This document shows, piece after piece, positions 35,930 to 48,093 of a stretch of 64,000 bases of DNA. Where the stretch lies: NCBI RefSeq assembly GCF_006345805.1, contig NC_043014.1:13702001-13766000 (forward strand), written 5' to 3'. The DNA comes from Octopus sinensis (taxonomy: Eukaryota). Below the pieces are notes generated by a model, which was given only the letters and a program-made list of their open reading frames with translations, was not told where the DNA came from and did not search any database. Within the stretch, counting starts at the first letter, position 1. Every line of letters starts with the position of its first letter. Position numbers and translations under genes: made by a program.

Positions 35930-36129
35930 TTAAGGCCCTCATGCTTTCCGAAATCCGCCGAAACTACACCTGATTATACATACACTTTAGATGAGTTGTA
36001 GTGCACCTGAGCACTGTACACAATGTTTTTATTATTATTATACATCAAATATATATCAACAAAATTAAATTTGAGATTTTGAAAAAAAAAAAAAGAAAAA
36101 AAAGAAAATGAAAATTATCTGATGTGTGT

Positions 36130-36400
36130 TGGTACATATGTGTGTATGCTCATGAATTTGTTTCCCATTAAATATCGATACATATCAAGAAAATGTTTTT
36201 TTTATATATGGGGGGGGGGTTAGGGTTAGGGTTTCTGTTAGGGTTAGGGGTGGGAGAAAAGGGTTTCTGTTATCTTCAGAAATGTAAACAAAGTCACGTG
36301 TGTACTTATACCGAAGGATCGCCAAATATCGATATAATCGTAACGAACACCATCTGAAAAATATTCGGAAAAAAAAAAAAAAATTCATTTTTCAGAAAGT
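36130..36400. repeat. Diverged relative of the TTAGGG-bearing MITE with G-rich telomere-like tract
   Basis: GGGGGGGGGGTTAGGGTTAGGGTTTCTGTTAGGGTTAGGGGTGGG at about 36210-36255. Confidence 0.6.
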
Positions 36401-36874
36401 TGAGGAAACAAAGTCAGATGAGGTGTACACTTGGCGTGGATAAGCCGACAGGTGTATAAGATAAAATAACCGATTTAGTTGTTAAAGAAATAATAGAGTT
36501 TAAACATTGCATTCTGAAATTATTATGTTTTAAATTTAAATTAAACTCACCTGGATGATTGTAAAGGAAAAACTTTGTAGTGAAGCGTTAACTTTGAAAA
36601 CAAATTTTAACGCTGTTCATTGCCATCCGTAACGCTGCGTCAAAGGGAGATAATAAAAAAAAGGCTTCAGACGAAGTTTGGCGACGTTATTTACATTACG
36701 CTTTACTCTTTTACTTGTTTCAGTCATTTGACTGCGGCCATGCTGGAGCACCGTCTTTAGTCAGGACTTATTCTATCGTCTTTTTTGCCGAACCGCTAAG
36801 TGACGGCGACGTAAACACACCAGCATCGGTTGTTAAGCAATGCTAGAGGGACAAACACAGACACACAAACATAT

Positions 36875-36943
<69 letters not shown>

Positions 36944-37012
36944 GGAGTAAACACATAAATGTGAAACAAGGTGGTAAAAAGAGTACTCAAATACCAGTGG
37001 TAGAGTAATATG

Positions 37013-37169
37013 CTTTATTTAAAGCAGCAGAAAATTCAACAAAATCTGTTACTCTGAGTTTCTCGTTGCCGTTCATCAGACAGTTTTTTCTAGCAAAAAC
37101 TGTCTGATGAACGGCAACGAGAAACTCAGAGTAACAGATTTTGTTGAATTTTCTGCTGCTTTAAATAAA

Positions 37170-37170
<1 letters not shown>
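37013..37170. repeat. Perfect 76-bp inverted repeat with 6-nt loop
   Basis: 37013-37088 is the exact reverse complement of 37095-37170 (checked base by base); loop TCTAGC. Confidence 0.97.
37095..37142 (+). ncRNA. Type-I hammerhead ribozyme motif (mirror copy at 37041-37088 on the minus strand)
   Basis: AAAAaCTGT-CTGATGA-aCG gcaa CGa-GAAA-CT cag AG-TA-ACAGaTTTT. Canonical core, stem I 4+4 bp, GNRA-capped but weak stem II, stem III closed, predicted GUA cleavage after 37133. Confidence 0.6.
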
Positions 37171-37207
<37 letters not shown>

Positions 37208-37408
37208 GACAGGCTTCTTTCAGTTTCCGTCTACTAAATACACTCACAAGGCATTGGTCGGTCCGGGGCTATAGCAAAAGACACTTGCCCAAGATGCCAC
37301 GCAGTGGGACTGAACCCGGAACCATGTCGTTGGTAAGCAAGCTACTTACCACACAGCCACTCCATCATTTACATTTGACGGATATTTGTCCTCATCTTGT
37401 TTGTAGTT

Positions 37409-37454
37409 AACGCAACGTTTCGGCTGATACACCCTCCAGCCTTCATCAGGTGTC
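37409..37454 (-). ncRNA. Minimal hammerhead motif in a pLTR-like repeat
   Basis: GACAC-CTGATGA-A-GGCTG gagggtgtat CAGCC-GAAACGTT-GCGTT. Sister copy at 48182-48227 has TTGATGA and a fully paired stem I. Confidence 0.5.
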
Positions 37455-38159
37455 TTAGGGAAATTTCGAACCTGGGTTCTCATTCCTAAGGTATTTCTCG
37501 ATGGCATTATTATTATCATTGAGTGAGAGAGCAGTGCATGCCATCAAAGTGACACTGGGGTAAAATATACGAAGCCCAGTATACCCATCATGACTACCAG
37601 TCTGATAAGGGTACACTAGGTACATGCATCACAACCATATATGCGCGACATGGTGATCTCATATCAAGATAAACAGCACATGATCTAGCAGGTGGGGGGC
37701 CAGTTAGAATTTTCTTCTGGTCGAGTAACCCATCCCGCTCAAAAGGTCCCTGAATAAGGGTTGTTTAAGGATATTGAACGAACGTCGGGTTGACTCCACG
37801 GTTGTTGGTTGAACATGACTATGTCGGCGACGGTAGTTGTTGATAGCAGTGTGCGTCTGTTCGTTAGCTGTATGGTGATATACAATAACAACTCGACCTT
37901 GTTCAGTAGTGGGTAGTAAAGAAATCGGCACTGTCATGCTTTTAGTTGTCAGGAGAAAAGTAGAAAAAGTGTGACGTCACTCGTCCACCTTCGTTTCTTT
38001 CCGCAGAATTTATCAAAACGCGTGTAAATTTATCGGCACTGTCATGCTTTTAGCTGTCAGAAGTGAAAGTCGTCAACTTCGTGTATTTACGTCAGGTTTA
38101 TACCTTCGTTAACTTACGCCTTATCGGCACTGTCATGCTGTTTAAACTTTATAAATAAA

Positions 38160-38665
38160 CTAGCAGTATCGCGCGGCGTTGCTCGGGTTTGTAAGGGAAA
38201 TAACTATATAAGCATTTTTAGAGAGTTACTTCCCTTATAAATTCGGGCTTTCTTAGCCATTTTTGTTTTCGTGTCTTCAAGCCATGAAGTCGTTGTTCTA
38301 AAAGAACGCTGGTTTCCTTCACAACGCATTACGACGTTGATTTCTTTACACTCCCTTCCCCACAGCTTCACGAGGGAGGGAAGGGGGAGAAGCAAACAGG
38401 TGCAGCTGTGAGCGTGGACGCCAACTCCGCCGCCATCGACACACGATGCATTTTATGCATTAAAATGGAATAAAAAATGATGTTAAATTATTTTTAAAAT
38501 CGTAGACTCATCGTTGACGCGCGCTAATAGTCAGACGGGCTCGATATGAATCACGACTATAAGATACCCGAATTTGGTTAAACTGCACCGCAAAATGTGG
38601 GAGGAGTTAGGAATCTAAATCGAAGGGGACAGACACTCACACAACTAGAGTTTTATATATATAGA
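38160..38665 (-). mobile_element. Non-autonomous Helitron with a different internal segment
   Basis: Minus-strand TC(TATATATATAAAA) start at 38665 and hairpin plus CTAG|T end at 38160. Termini shared with 13976-14369; about 38230-38460 is unrelated. Confidence 0.8.
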
Positions 38666-40134
38666 TATATTCGTGCAGTGTGTGTATATGTGGCTATATG
38701 TCTGACTAATGTGTGTGTGTCTGTATTTATTGTATGTGTGTATAAGTAGTTATAAGCTTATATTATCCATTATAGTAATATTTGTCTGTTGAAATCCGTT
38801 TTAAGGCGGTCAATAGTTTAATTAAAGATGTGTCTATACATGTATATATATATATATATACATGTGTATACATATATATATATACACATGTATATATATA
38901 TATATATATGTATACACATGTATATATATGTATACACATGTATATATGTATGTATACACATGTATATATACACATGTATATATATATCTCCATATATATA
39001 AAACTGAAATGCGTTTTTACCGCTTGGATCGCTTTCAATGCCACTACATCCCGTCCGATTCGCTCCAAAATTTACAGGGACATGTAGAATGAGGTGACGA
39101 TGCTCGTGGGCTACCTTAGAAATCCCTATCTTAAAAGGTGTTGTTGCTAGGGGCCATCTTCCTCACTCACCCTATTTCCTCCAGTACCCTCTCACTCCTC
39201 TTCATTTCACAATGCCACTCCCGTTATTTAATGTAAAGTCTTCCTCAAATCACTCTCTCGCTATTTCCTCTCTTCCAAGAACATTTTCACTCACTCTATC
39301 TCTTAGCTTCCCATACATTTTACTCATGTATCTATCTGCGTTCATAGACAGAAACAAATATTACATCGCCATCGCGTTCTATTGTCTACCTGTCAACACA
39401 CACACACACATATACATATATCTAATATTATATTTTTATTTTTATGTTTTTGTTTTTGTTTTTTTACTGTTTCATTTCCCTATTAGTGGTTTTATCTAAT
39501 TTAATTTCTACAGCGTGCACACACACACACACACACCTATATGTGGCCCCAGTACACCCGAATGAAATCGGGTTCTCTTCATCAAAATGTGAAAAGGGGT
39601 CTACAATTATCATCGCCACAACTTATGTATGTCTTCCTCACTCACTCACTCTTTTTCCTAATGATAATTATCATCGCCACCACCACCAACACACAATCAT
39701 GACAATCTTTCTCTTAAAACAAATCATGTTTACATTGCAAAATATTTCATTTTCCCGTCCTCTCTTTCATATATCACCTTTTCTTTCTCGACCTCTCTCT
39801 TTTTTCGCCGTCTCTATTTATTCTACAACGAGTCTATCAATGACAGCCGCAAAAGTTTCAATATTCCTACTTCACCTCTTTCAGAAACGCAACAGATATT
39901 TTTTTTTTTGCCGGGGTTAAAGCCCACTACATCCCGTCGGATTTACTCCAAAATTTACACCTTCTCTTTCTACCTCTAACTCCCATTCAATTTCTCTTTA
40001 TCTCCATTCTTAAAGATAATTATCATCGCCACCACGACCACCAACACACAATCTGGACAATCTTTCTCTTATAACAAATCATGTTTACATTGCAACGACG
40101 TCTGCCACCTCCGCCGTCTCTATTTATTCTGCAA

Positions 40135-40332
40135 ATGACCAGAACTCGGGAAACTTGATTGAGTGTTCTATGGTCTATGACCAGAACTCGGGAAACTTGG
40201 TTGAGTGTTCTATGGTTTATGACCAGAACTCGGGAAACTTGCTTGACTGTTCTATGGTCTATGACCAGAACTCGGGAAACTTGGTTGAGTGTTCTATGGT
40301 CTATGACCAGAACTTGGGAAACTTGGTTGAGT
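40135..40332 (+). repeat. 42-bp minisatellite, 4.7 copies
   Basis: Unit ATGACCAGAACTCGGGAAACTTGGTTGAGTGTTCTATGGTCT starts at 40135, 40177, 40219, 40261 and 40303. Confidence 0.95.
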
Positions 40333-41324
40333 CCTCATCTTATAAAATGTGGCCCCAGTAGACCCAAATGAAATCGGGTTATATTAACCAAAATGTGAAA
40401 AGGGGTCTAAATGGGGCTGGAAGGGGATTAAAATTTAAAGGAGCGAGTGTTTAGCAATTCTCTGTTACATCAAGCTAAAAAATTTGCGCCAGCCTTTTAA
40501 TCGTCAATGTGTTGCCGTCCATGATGAAGAAGTTTTGAATGCTTGCCATCGTGAGTCTACTGTCGTGAGAAAGAATCAATTCAAAACTTGGTTTTTAGGG
40601 ATTTTTTTTACATCAAGTTCGAAATTTTACGCCAGCCGTTGAACTGTCAATACGTTGCTGTCCGTCGTTAAGAAATGCCAGCCATGGTGACTCTACTATC
40701 CTCAAATTCTATCCCTTCAAACTTTGGTTTCCAATATTTTATTATTTTTATTCAGCTCGCAAGTTCGTCTGTCCCTTTTAAATGTTAGTGTTTTGCTGTC
40801 TGCCTTGAAGCAGACCTTTCCGTTGTTACTGCCTGATATTTATGATTGATCTTTCTAAATATTTTATTTCTCAACTTACTCAAGATCTTTTGTTGTTTAT
40901 AAATGGGAGAGAGATAGATAAAGATAGAGAGTAAGAGAAAGCGAGGGAGAGTCCGAGAGAAAGGAAGAGTAAGAGAGTGGGAAAGTGAGAGAGAAAGGAG
41001 AGAGAAACAAAGAGGGAGAATCATCATCATCGTTTAACGTCCGTTTTCCGTGCTAGCACGGGTTGGACAGTTTGACAGGGGTCTGGGAAGCCAGGAGGCT
41101 GCACCAGGCTCCAGTCTGATCTGGCAGTGTTTCGACAGGTGGATGCCCTTCCTAACGCCAACCACTCTGTGAGCGTAGTGGGTGCTTTTTTCGTGCCGCC
41201 GGCACAGGTGCCAGGGGGGCTGGCAGCGGCCACGATCGGTTGGTGCTTTTTACGTGCCACCAGCACAGAAGCCAGTCAAGGCGGCGCTGCAATCCGCCAC
41301 GTTCGGATGGTGCTTTTTACGTGC

Positions 41325-41392
41325 TGAAAGGAAGCAACAGAAAGTAACAACCACACTCTTACCCGCGCGTAGAGCGGGTCACCTTCAGCTAG
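41325..41392 (+). mobile_element. 3' end of a second Helitron family
   Basis: ACCCGC gcgtaga GCGGGT hairpin (41361-41379), then CTAG (41389-41392) and T. Confidence 0.6.
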
Positions 41393-43035
41393 TTTTGTAT
41401 ATGACTGTGTATCTGTCAGTGAAGAAATGTGTGCGAGTGTGTATATGTCTCACAGTATGTGTGTCTTTCCACGTGAGGTACGTTATGAAACACACTACAT
41501 GTATGTAAGGGCTAGTCAGTGTCAGTGCGAAATTTTATTTTCATTTCAATCAAAACAATATAACATTTCATAGAAATAATCTTTCTATTTACGGAGATGT
41601 ACTTGCATAGCAAGTGACTTGATCTGAAATCGTGTACTTTGAACACACACACACATTTTATTTTCATTATTTTCATTTCGATTAAAACAATATAACATTT
41701 CAGAGAGATACTCTTTCTATTGTCAACAGGACATTTTGTACCACAACGACAACATCACATTTTATATATGACTGTGAGTGTATGTGTGTAAGTGTATGAG
41801 TGTGTATATGTCTCATAGTATGTGTGTCTTTCCGCGTTAGGTACGTTATTAAACATGCGTGAATGTATGTCTCTATGTGGCTATCTTAGTATATGTATGT
41901 GAGTGTATGTTAGGAACATTTTATAGCACAACGACGACGTCACATTTTGTATATGAGTGTATATTTGACGGCGAGTGTCTGTGTGTTACGTACGTTATTA
42001 CGTACGTTATTAAACACACACACAGACACATCTACACATATGTGACGACTGACACACTTGAATGTATGTATGTGAATTCTAGACGTGAAACTCTCGAAAA
42101 AAGAAACCATGAGGTGGCAAGGTCCAATGTGTATATAAAAATACACATTTACTCTTCCATTACCAGTTAATAATTATCGCAGCAGTTGTAAGGTTGCAAG
42201 GTATTTACAATTACATATTTACCCTTACATTAAGAAATTTATCCTCTATAATTATTTGTCTCTTTGTAATAATTATTGTGGCATTTACCATTAAATTAGC
42301 AGTTCCATACACGTGCTTCTATTTCGTTCATTTCCTTATATTTCGTTAATTTACACTGCATACACAAATGCAGACATACTATGTACATATATATACACAA
42401 ATACAGACATACTATATACAAAAAAAAATTCGAGCGAGGTCGTTGCCAGTACCGCCTGACTGGTCTTTGTGCCGGTGGCACGTAAAAGCACCCACTACAT
42501 TCTCGGAATGGTTGGCGTTAAGAAGATCAAGACTGGAGCCTGGTGCAGCCATCTGGTTCGCCAGCCCACAGTCAAACCGTCCAACCCATGCTAGCATGGA
42601 AAGCGGACGTTAAACGACGACGTCGACGTTGATATCACGCTGTAAGTCTTTATGCCTTTTGTTTTCAAGTAATTCATCACTACATATTCTCATGTGACAG
42701 CAGAGGCTCACTTTATGTTTATTCTTCAGCAATATCAGCAGTCCAATGTCAACCCTTCGCCTTCTGCAACATTTCAGCTGTTCACTTCCCCATTGCCGTC
42801 TCCCATTGCAGCCCATTTCCGGAATGTAAACATTTCTCTATTCATTTGACTGTAAACCATACGACAGGTCGTTTTAGATGCAGCACCGACCGCCTCAAAG
42901 GCGAGTATATCCATTGGTAGCTTTTTGGTGGATTCAAAAATTACATTCTCATCCATTCCCAATTTTCCATGAAAGGGCACGGAATCCTCCAAACGGACGT
43001 ATTATATGTCGCTTAGTCGAATTAGACCATCATTT

Positions 43036-43641
43036 GGATCTTTTCTTTTTGAACGGCAGACAATTTCTAGTTAACTAAACATTTTAAAACTTCGTATACT
43101 AGTAGAATGTGTCAAAATAAAACATTTTTTTCTCTTGGCTTTCTTGAGAAAATTGTAATTTATTTAACGTAGTTTAACTTTTCGAATTTTAACCAATCCT
43201 ATGCTCTCTTTTGAGCTAAAATCATTTGCTGCGTCTAAAACTGAGACATCCTGTAACTAACCCTAAACTCTAATTTTTTTTTCTTAATTGTTAAATTAAT
43301 TTAGTTGTTACACGTGTAAAAAAAAAACTAAAGCAATGGGATTAAATTAATTTAACAATTAAGAAAAAAAAATTTAGGATTAGGGTTAGTTACAGGATGA
43401 TTAGGGTTAGTTACAGTTTTAGACGCAGCAAATGATTTTAGTTGAATGGAGGTAATCGATTGGTTAAAATTGCCGAAATGCTCGGATTTTCAGACGAAAT
43501 ATCTTACAAACTATAGAATTTTCTCAATAAAACCAAGAGAAAATTATGTTTTATAAACACATTCTACCAGTATACGAAGTTTAAAAGTATTTAGTTAACT
43601 AGAAATTGTGTTGACATCTGCCGTTCAAAAGGAAAAGATCC
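43036..43641. mobile_element. Foldback-type MITE (long imperfect inverted arms) with TTAGGG-like repeats
   Basis: GGATCTTTTC..GAACGGCAG / CTGCCGTTC..GAAAAGATCC termini. The arms pair inward to about 43303/43343. A right-arm fragment of the family lies at about 44650-44960. Confidence 0.8.
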
Positions 43642-43726
43642 TATACATATACAAACCATACCATTTTAATTCCGAGCAACGCCGGGTATCTCTGCCAGTA
43701 TATGTGTGTGTGTGTGTGGTGTGTGT

Positions 43727-43975
43727 GAAGGCGCATGGCTCAGTGGTTAAAGCGTCGAGCTTACAATCGTGAAGTTGTGAGGTTCGAATCCTGGACCGGG
43801 CTGCGTGTTGTGTTCTTGAGCAAGACACTTTATTTTACGTTGCTCCAGTTAACTCAGCTATAGAAATGAGTTGCAACGTCACTGGTGCCAGTGGCATGGA
43901 GATGGGAGGCCGGTATGCATGGGCGACTGTTGGTCTTCCATAAACAACTTTGCCTAGGAGGTCTCAGCAGTATTA
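43727..43975 (+). mobile_element. tRNA-derived SINE family D
   Basis: GGCGCATGGCTCAGTGGTTAAAGCG..GGTTCGAATCC head, CTTGAGCAAGACACTT core and TA tail. Confidence 0.75.
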
Positions 43976-45105
43976 TATATATATATATATACGCGAAACT
44001 CTATAACCCTTTGCTTGATCTTCCCTTCCTTCCTTGTCTTCCTCTCTCTCTCTCTCACTCCTCCTCATCTCTCTCACAGTCGGGCGACCACTTCCTTTCG
44101 CTTGCGGCCTCTCAACAGTGAACACGCTTTCTTCCTGCGCTCTTAAGAATCTTTCCTCGTCTAGGCCAAAAAAGGCCCTCATTGTTTGTTTTCTTTTCTT
44201 GTACTGTATTTTTTTGTAATTGTATTTTTATTTTGTATTTTATTTTGTAATTTTATTTGTATCGTTTTTACGTCCTGTTTTTGTCACATTTTTTTCTTTC
44301 CTTGTTTTTACCCCACTGCGAAGGAATTTTATTTAATTCTTTCGCAGGAAGGGCTAGCTCGACGAGTCGTGTTCTGTCCTCACCTTCGAAACACGCATGG
44401 AGTCGTACTAGGGACAGCTGGTGAAGGGGAGTTTTCCTTGTGTTGTTTGTCTTGTACTCTGTTTTTCGTTGTTAAAAAAAAGGTCCGTTTCCATGTTTGT
44501 TTTTACGTTTTCGTTTCTTGTTGAGTTCTACGTCTATTTGTGGTGTCCTGTACTCACGTATATATATTTATGTATGCATGTATATATACATGTAGATGTA
44601 GGTACGTACTTATATGTATGTATGTATACATTTTATTTATTACACTATTGTATGACTGAGGGGTGGGGGAAGGGTATCTTTTTTTCTTCGCAAATGTAAA
44701 TAAACCCAATCTGTTTCTTAAAGGAGGGACATATTCATACAGCACGGAATGTTTTCACCCCAAATGGAGGTAAGCGATTGGTTAAAATTGCCGAAATGCT
44801 CGATTTTAAAGTGGAAATATCTTACAATCTATAGAATTTTCTCAATAAAGCCAAGAAAAAATGATGTTTTATAAACACATTCTACCAGTATACGAAGTTT
44901 AAAAGTGTTTAGTTAACTAGAAATTGTGTTGAAAACTGCCGTTCAAAAGGAAAAGATCCCCTAAGAGATTACTCGGTTACAGAACGTGGAACCTGGCGAG
45001 TGGTCTCTTTAGTGGCTAAGTAATTCTCCTGCAGTTGCCTCACGGGGAACATTACATCCGTAATAGCTCTACATAGCAGAAAACTGAAATCTGACCTTTG
45101 CTAAT

Positions 45106-45497
45106 TACTCTTTTACTTGTTTCAGTCATTTGACTGTGGCCATGCTGGAGCACCGCCTTTAGTCGAGCAAATCGACCCGAGGACTAATTCTTTGTAAGCC
45201 TAGTACTTATTCTATCGGTCAATTTTGCCGAATCGCTAAGTTACGGGGACGTAAACACACCAGCATCGGTTGTCAAGCAATGCTAGGGGGACAAACACAG
45301 ACACACAAACATACACACACTTATAAGGATACATATATATGACGGGCTTCTTTCAGTTTCCGCCTACCAAATCCACTCACAAGGCTTTGGTCGACCCAAA
45401 GCTATAGTAGAAACCACTTTGCCCAAGGTACCACACAGTGGGGCTGAACCCGGAACCATGTGGTTGGTAAACAAGCTACTTACCACACAGCCACTCT
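45106..45497 (-). mobile_element. SINE family A
   Basis: Reverse-complement copy, preceded by a tiny RTE RT scrap (about 44960-45070, -). Confidence 0.88.
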
Positions 45498-47086
45498 TAT
45501 AATCAGTCGTTAAAAATATAAATATTTGTGACAGAGGCAGTATTAATACCAACAAGTAATATTTATCTCTACTTAAACGTCAATGTTCTGTTGGAACAAA
45601 CTATACTACGGTCTCATATTGACTTTCGGCGCAAAATGCACACTTGTTTAAATAGCGCCGTGACCACCAAATCAAGTGATTTCGACCTAAATATTTGTTT
45701 CTTTATCGCCCACAGGATGCTAAACATAGAGGGGACAAACAAGGACTGACAAAGGGATTAAGTTGATCGCATCGACAACCAGTGCGTAACTGGTACTTAT
45801 TTAATCGACCTAGAAAGGATGAAAGGCGAAGTCGACCTTGGCGGAATTCTGACCTAAATTTTACTTCCCGATATTAATACTGCTAGCAATATAAACGAAT
45901 ACATTGTGCGCAGCAAGATATTAGTTTCTCTTTCGGTAACTACCGCAGTCGAGTTTTGTTGTAAGAGAACATCTACGTTTAAGTGGGGCTATATATTAAG
46001 CACCCCTATATATTCTGGTTTAAGCACCCGGGTAACTTTTTTAGTGAAATTTTCAGAAAACCCTGGCAAATTTGTGTTCCACATACGGGAATTCATACGA
46101 TAATACAAATAATAATAATAATGATAATTTTTTAAAAAATTATTTCAAGTACTTTAATTACTTCAGTGACTATCACTGACGGACAATCTATCCTTTAAGG
46201 CCATCATCTTTTTAACTGTGCTACAATCAGCTCCAATGGTTGGTCCCTCTGTTCAGCCTACTTAAAAAGCCTCACCATCTAATCCATTCACGTCATTCAA
46301 CAACCTCATTCGATAACATTTTCATGCCTTTTATTTTTGGTATCGGTAAGGAAACATCCATTATCATTCCGAAAACACTTCTCAATCTCACGATTTTCGC
46401 TTGATCACAACTTTTTGTATCCCAGAATATCTCAAGGCTTTGATCCTCATAAACAAACATGTTGCTTTCTGCTTCTCTCCGTAAGTATTCTTAACATCTA
46501 TTTTTTTTTTCTAGTTACTTAACTAGCATTCAGTTCAATAAAAATATAGATAAGGGTACTATTTAAGAAGAGTGGTCCCGGTGCGCGCACTCGCGAATCC
46601 GCGCTATCTAGTCGTGACTAGTCGATCCTACAACGACGGCCTAGCAAAGTAAATAAAACACAAAATGAATATTTTTTTTACACAAAGTAAATAATTTTTT
46701 AAAAAACAAAGTAAATAAAACACAAAAACACAGAGTAAATAATTTTTTTAAACAAAGTAAGAATCGACTAAATAGTACCATAGGTAAGTTATTAAAATTT
46801 ACCAAAATATAATTTTAAGGTATGGTTTTCAACTTATTAAAATGCATAGATATATGAGGCTTTGAAATCCTTTAATACCGAATGTGCCAGTGTATAAGAC
46901 ACGTTTTTAATCTCAACATTAACCCGTATTTTTATTCTTAAATGTAACAAAAAATTGCCATGCGTCAAATCTGGATAGGATGCTGGATTATGATGAAATT
47001 TGCTTTGCTTCCTGCCACCTACGAAATATACTGTTTTTTCACAAAATATAGGTTTATCTAATGCGATAGTACGTTATATGTGAGTA

Positions 47087-47581
47087 CCGTAAATCCTCGA
47101 GTATAATACGCAGGGGATTTTTTAGGGGGCTGTACCGCTGAAAAACCTAAACATTGCGTATAATACGCACCCCTTCTCTAACTTGAGTCAAGGAGGTCTA
47201 TATAACGTCCTTGACTTGTAAAAATGTATACGGTAACGTCCTTTATTATTATTATATCTATAGCATAATGCAAACGTGTAGCATTTTTGTGCATTTTGTT
47301 TGCAGAAGATAAAGAAATAACAGTAATAACGTTTAATAAATGTTGCTTACTGCAAGTTATGGATGATTCCTTTATGACTTCATTGCTTTCAGGCTTAGCT
47401 TAAGGTATTTTCGCGCCCGACATCACAAAATGCGTCTGAATAATCATAGCCAGACAGCAAATAGAGGCTTGGACATTGCTTAGAAGATAACTTTCATTTT
47501 TAACCTCGTGTATAATACGCACTAGGGATTTTCACCTTTAAATTTTGGGAAAAATTGCGGATTATACTCGAGGATTTACGG
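47087..47581. mobile_element. pogo/Tigger-type (Tc1/mariner superfamily) MITE
   Basis: TA|CCGTAAATCCTCGAGTATAATACGCA ... TGCGGATTATACTCGAGGATTTACGG|TA; 26-bp TIRs with 1 mismatch and internal CGTATAATACGCAC repeats. Confidence 0.85.
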
Positions 47582-47976
47582 TAATTACGAAATAAAACGA
47601 AGAAAAATACTCAGCTGGTTTTCAATACTAAGGATTCAATTTAAGAATAGAGTGGTTTCCCCTGTACAGTTCGGTTCCATTAAATTCTTTGATGACAGTT
47701 GCTGACGCAAAGAGATTTCGACTGGATTACTGACGTAATTGAAGTTATTCTTTGTTTAAAAGTGAAGGGGCGAGGGTACAATTTTCGGCGGAGGTGATCA
47801 TGGATCGCACCCACTTTTGCGATTTTTTTTTTTTACAGGAACACACTATATCGAGGGCGGAGATTCCAAATTTGCAAAAAAATGTGCATTTCAAAATTTA
47901 AATCCCGCCTTCACCCCCACCTAAATTTCTTAAAATTTCACATTTTTAAAGAAATTTTTTAGGCGAAATATAAATA

Positions 47977-48093
47977 TTTTTTTTTAATTGAAATTTAACA
48001 GAACTTTTTTTTTTTTGCCAGAATCATAATATCCATACGGAGATTATGATTCTGGCACAAAAAAAAAGTTGTTAAATTTCAATAAAAAAAAAA
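47977..48093. repeat. About 115-bp hairpin (imperfect inverted repeat)
   Basis: TGCCAGAATCATAAT (48016-48030) pairs with ATTATGATTCTGGCA (48043-48057); outer ATTGAAATTTAAC pairs with GTTAAATTTCAAT. Confidence 0.85.

Larger units (their letters stand above)
36703..37362 (-). mobile_element. SINE family A split by a Penelope-type insert in its (TA)n
   Basis: Tail half 36703-36880 and head half 37205-37362; the 36943-37170 insert lies between two (TA)n blocks. Confidence 0.85.

Noticed and set aside
36210-36255. TTAGGG tracts as a telomere or chromosome-fusion scar
   Set aside because: There are only 2-4 units, always inside one MITE family at several dispersed sites.
40135-40332. 42-bp repeat as a CRISPR array or repeat-protein gene
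   Set aside because: The units are contiguous with no spacers. The frame is open simply because 42 is a multiple of 3, and there are no convincing splice or start signals.
42610-42992. Two overlapping minus-strand ORFs with a vague zinc-finger or transposase look
   Set aside because: They are frameshifted, wedged between an RTE tail and a MITE, and motif spacing fits no family I can name.
46459-46480. Plus-strand ATG..CTCC|GTAAGT mini first exon
   Set aside because: No downstream plus-strand exons were identified; a single consensus hexamer is expected by chance in 64 kb.
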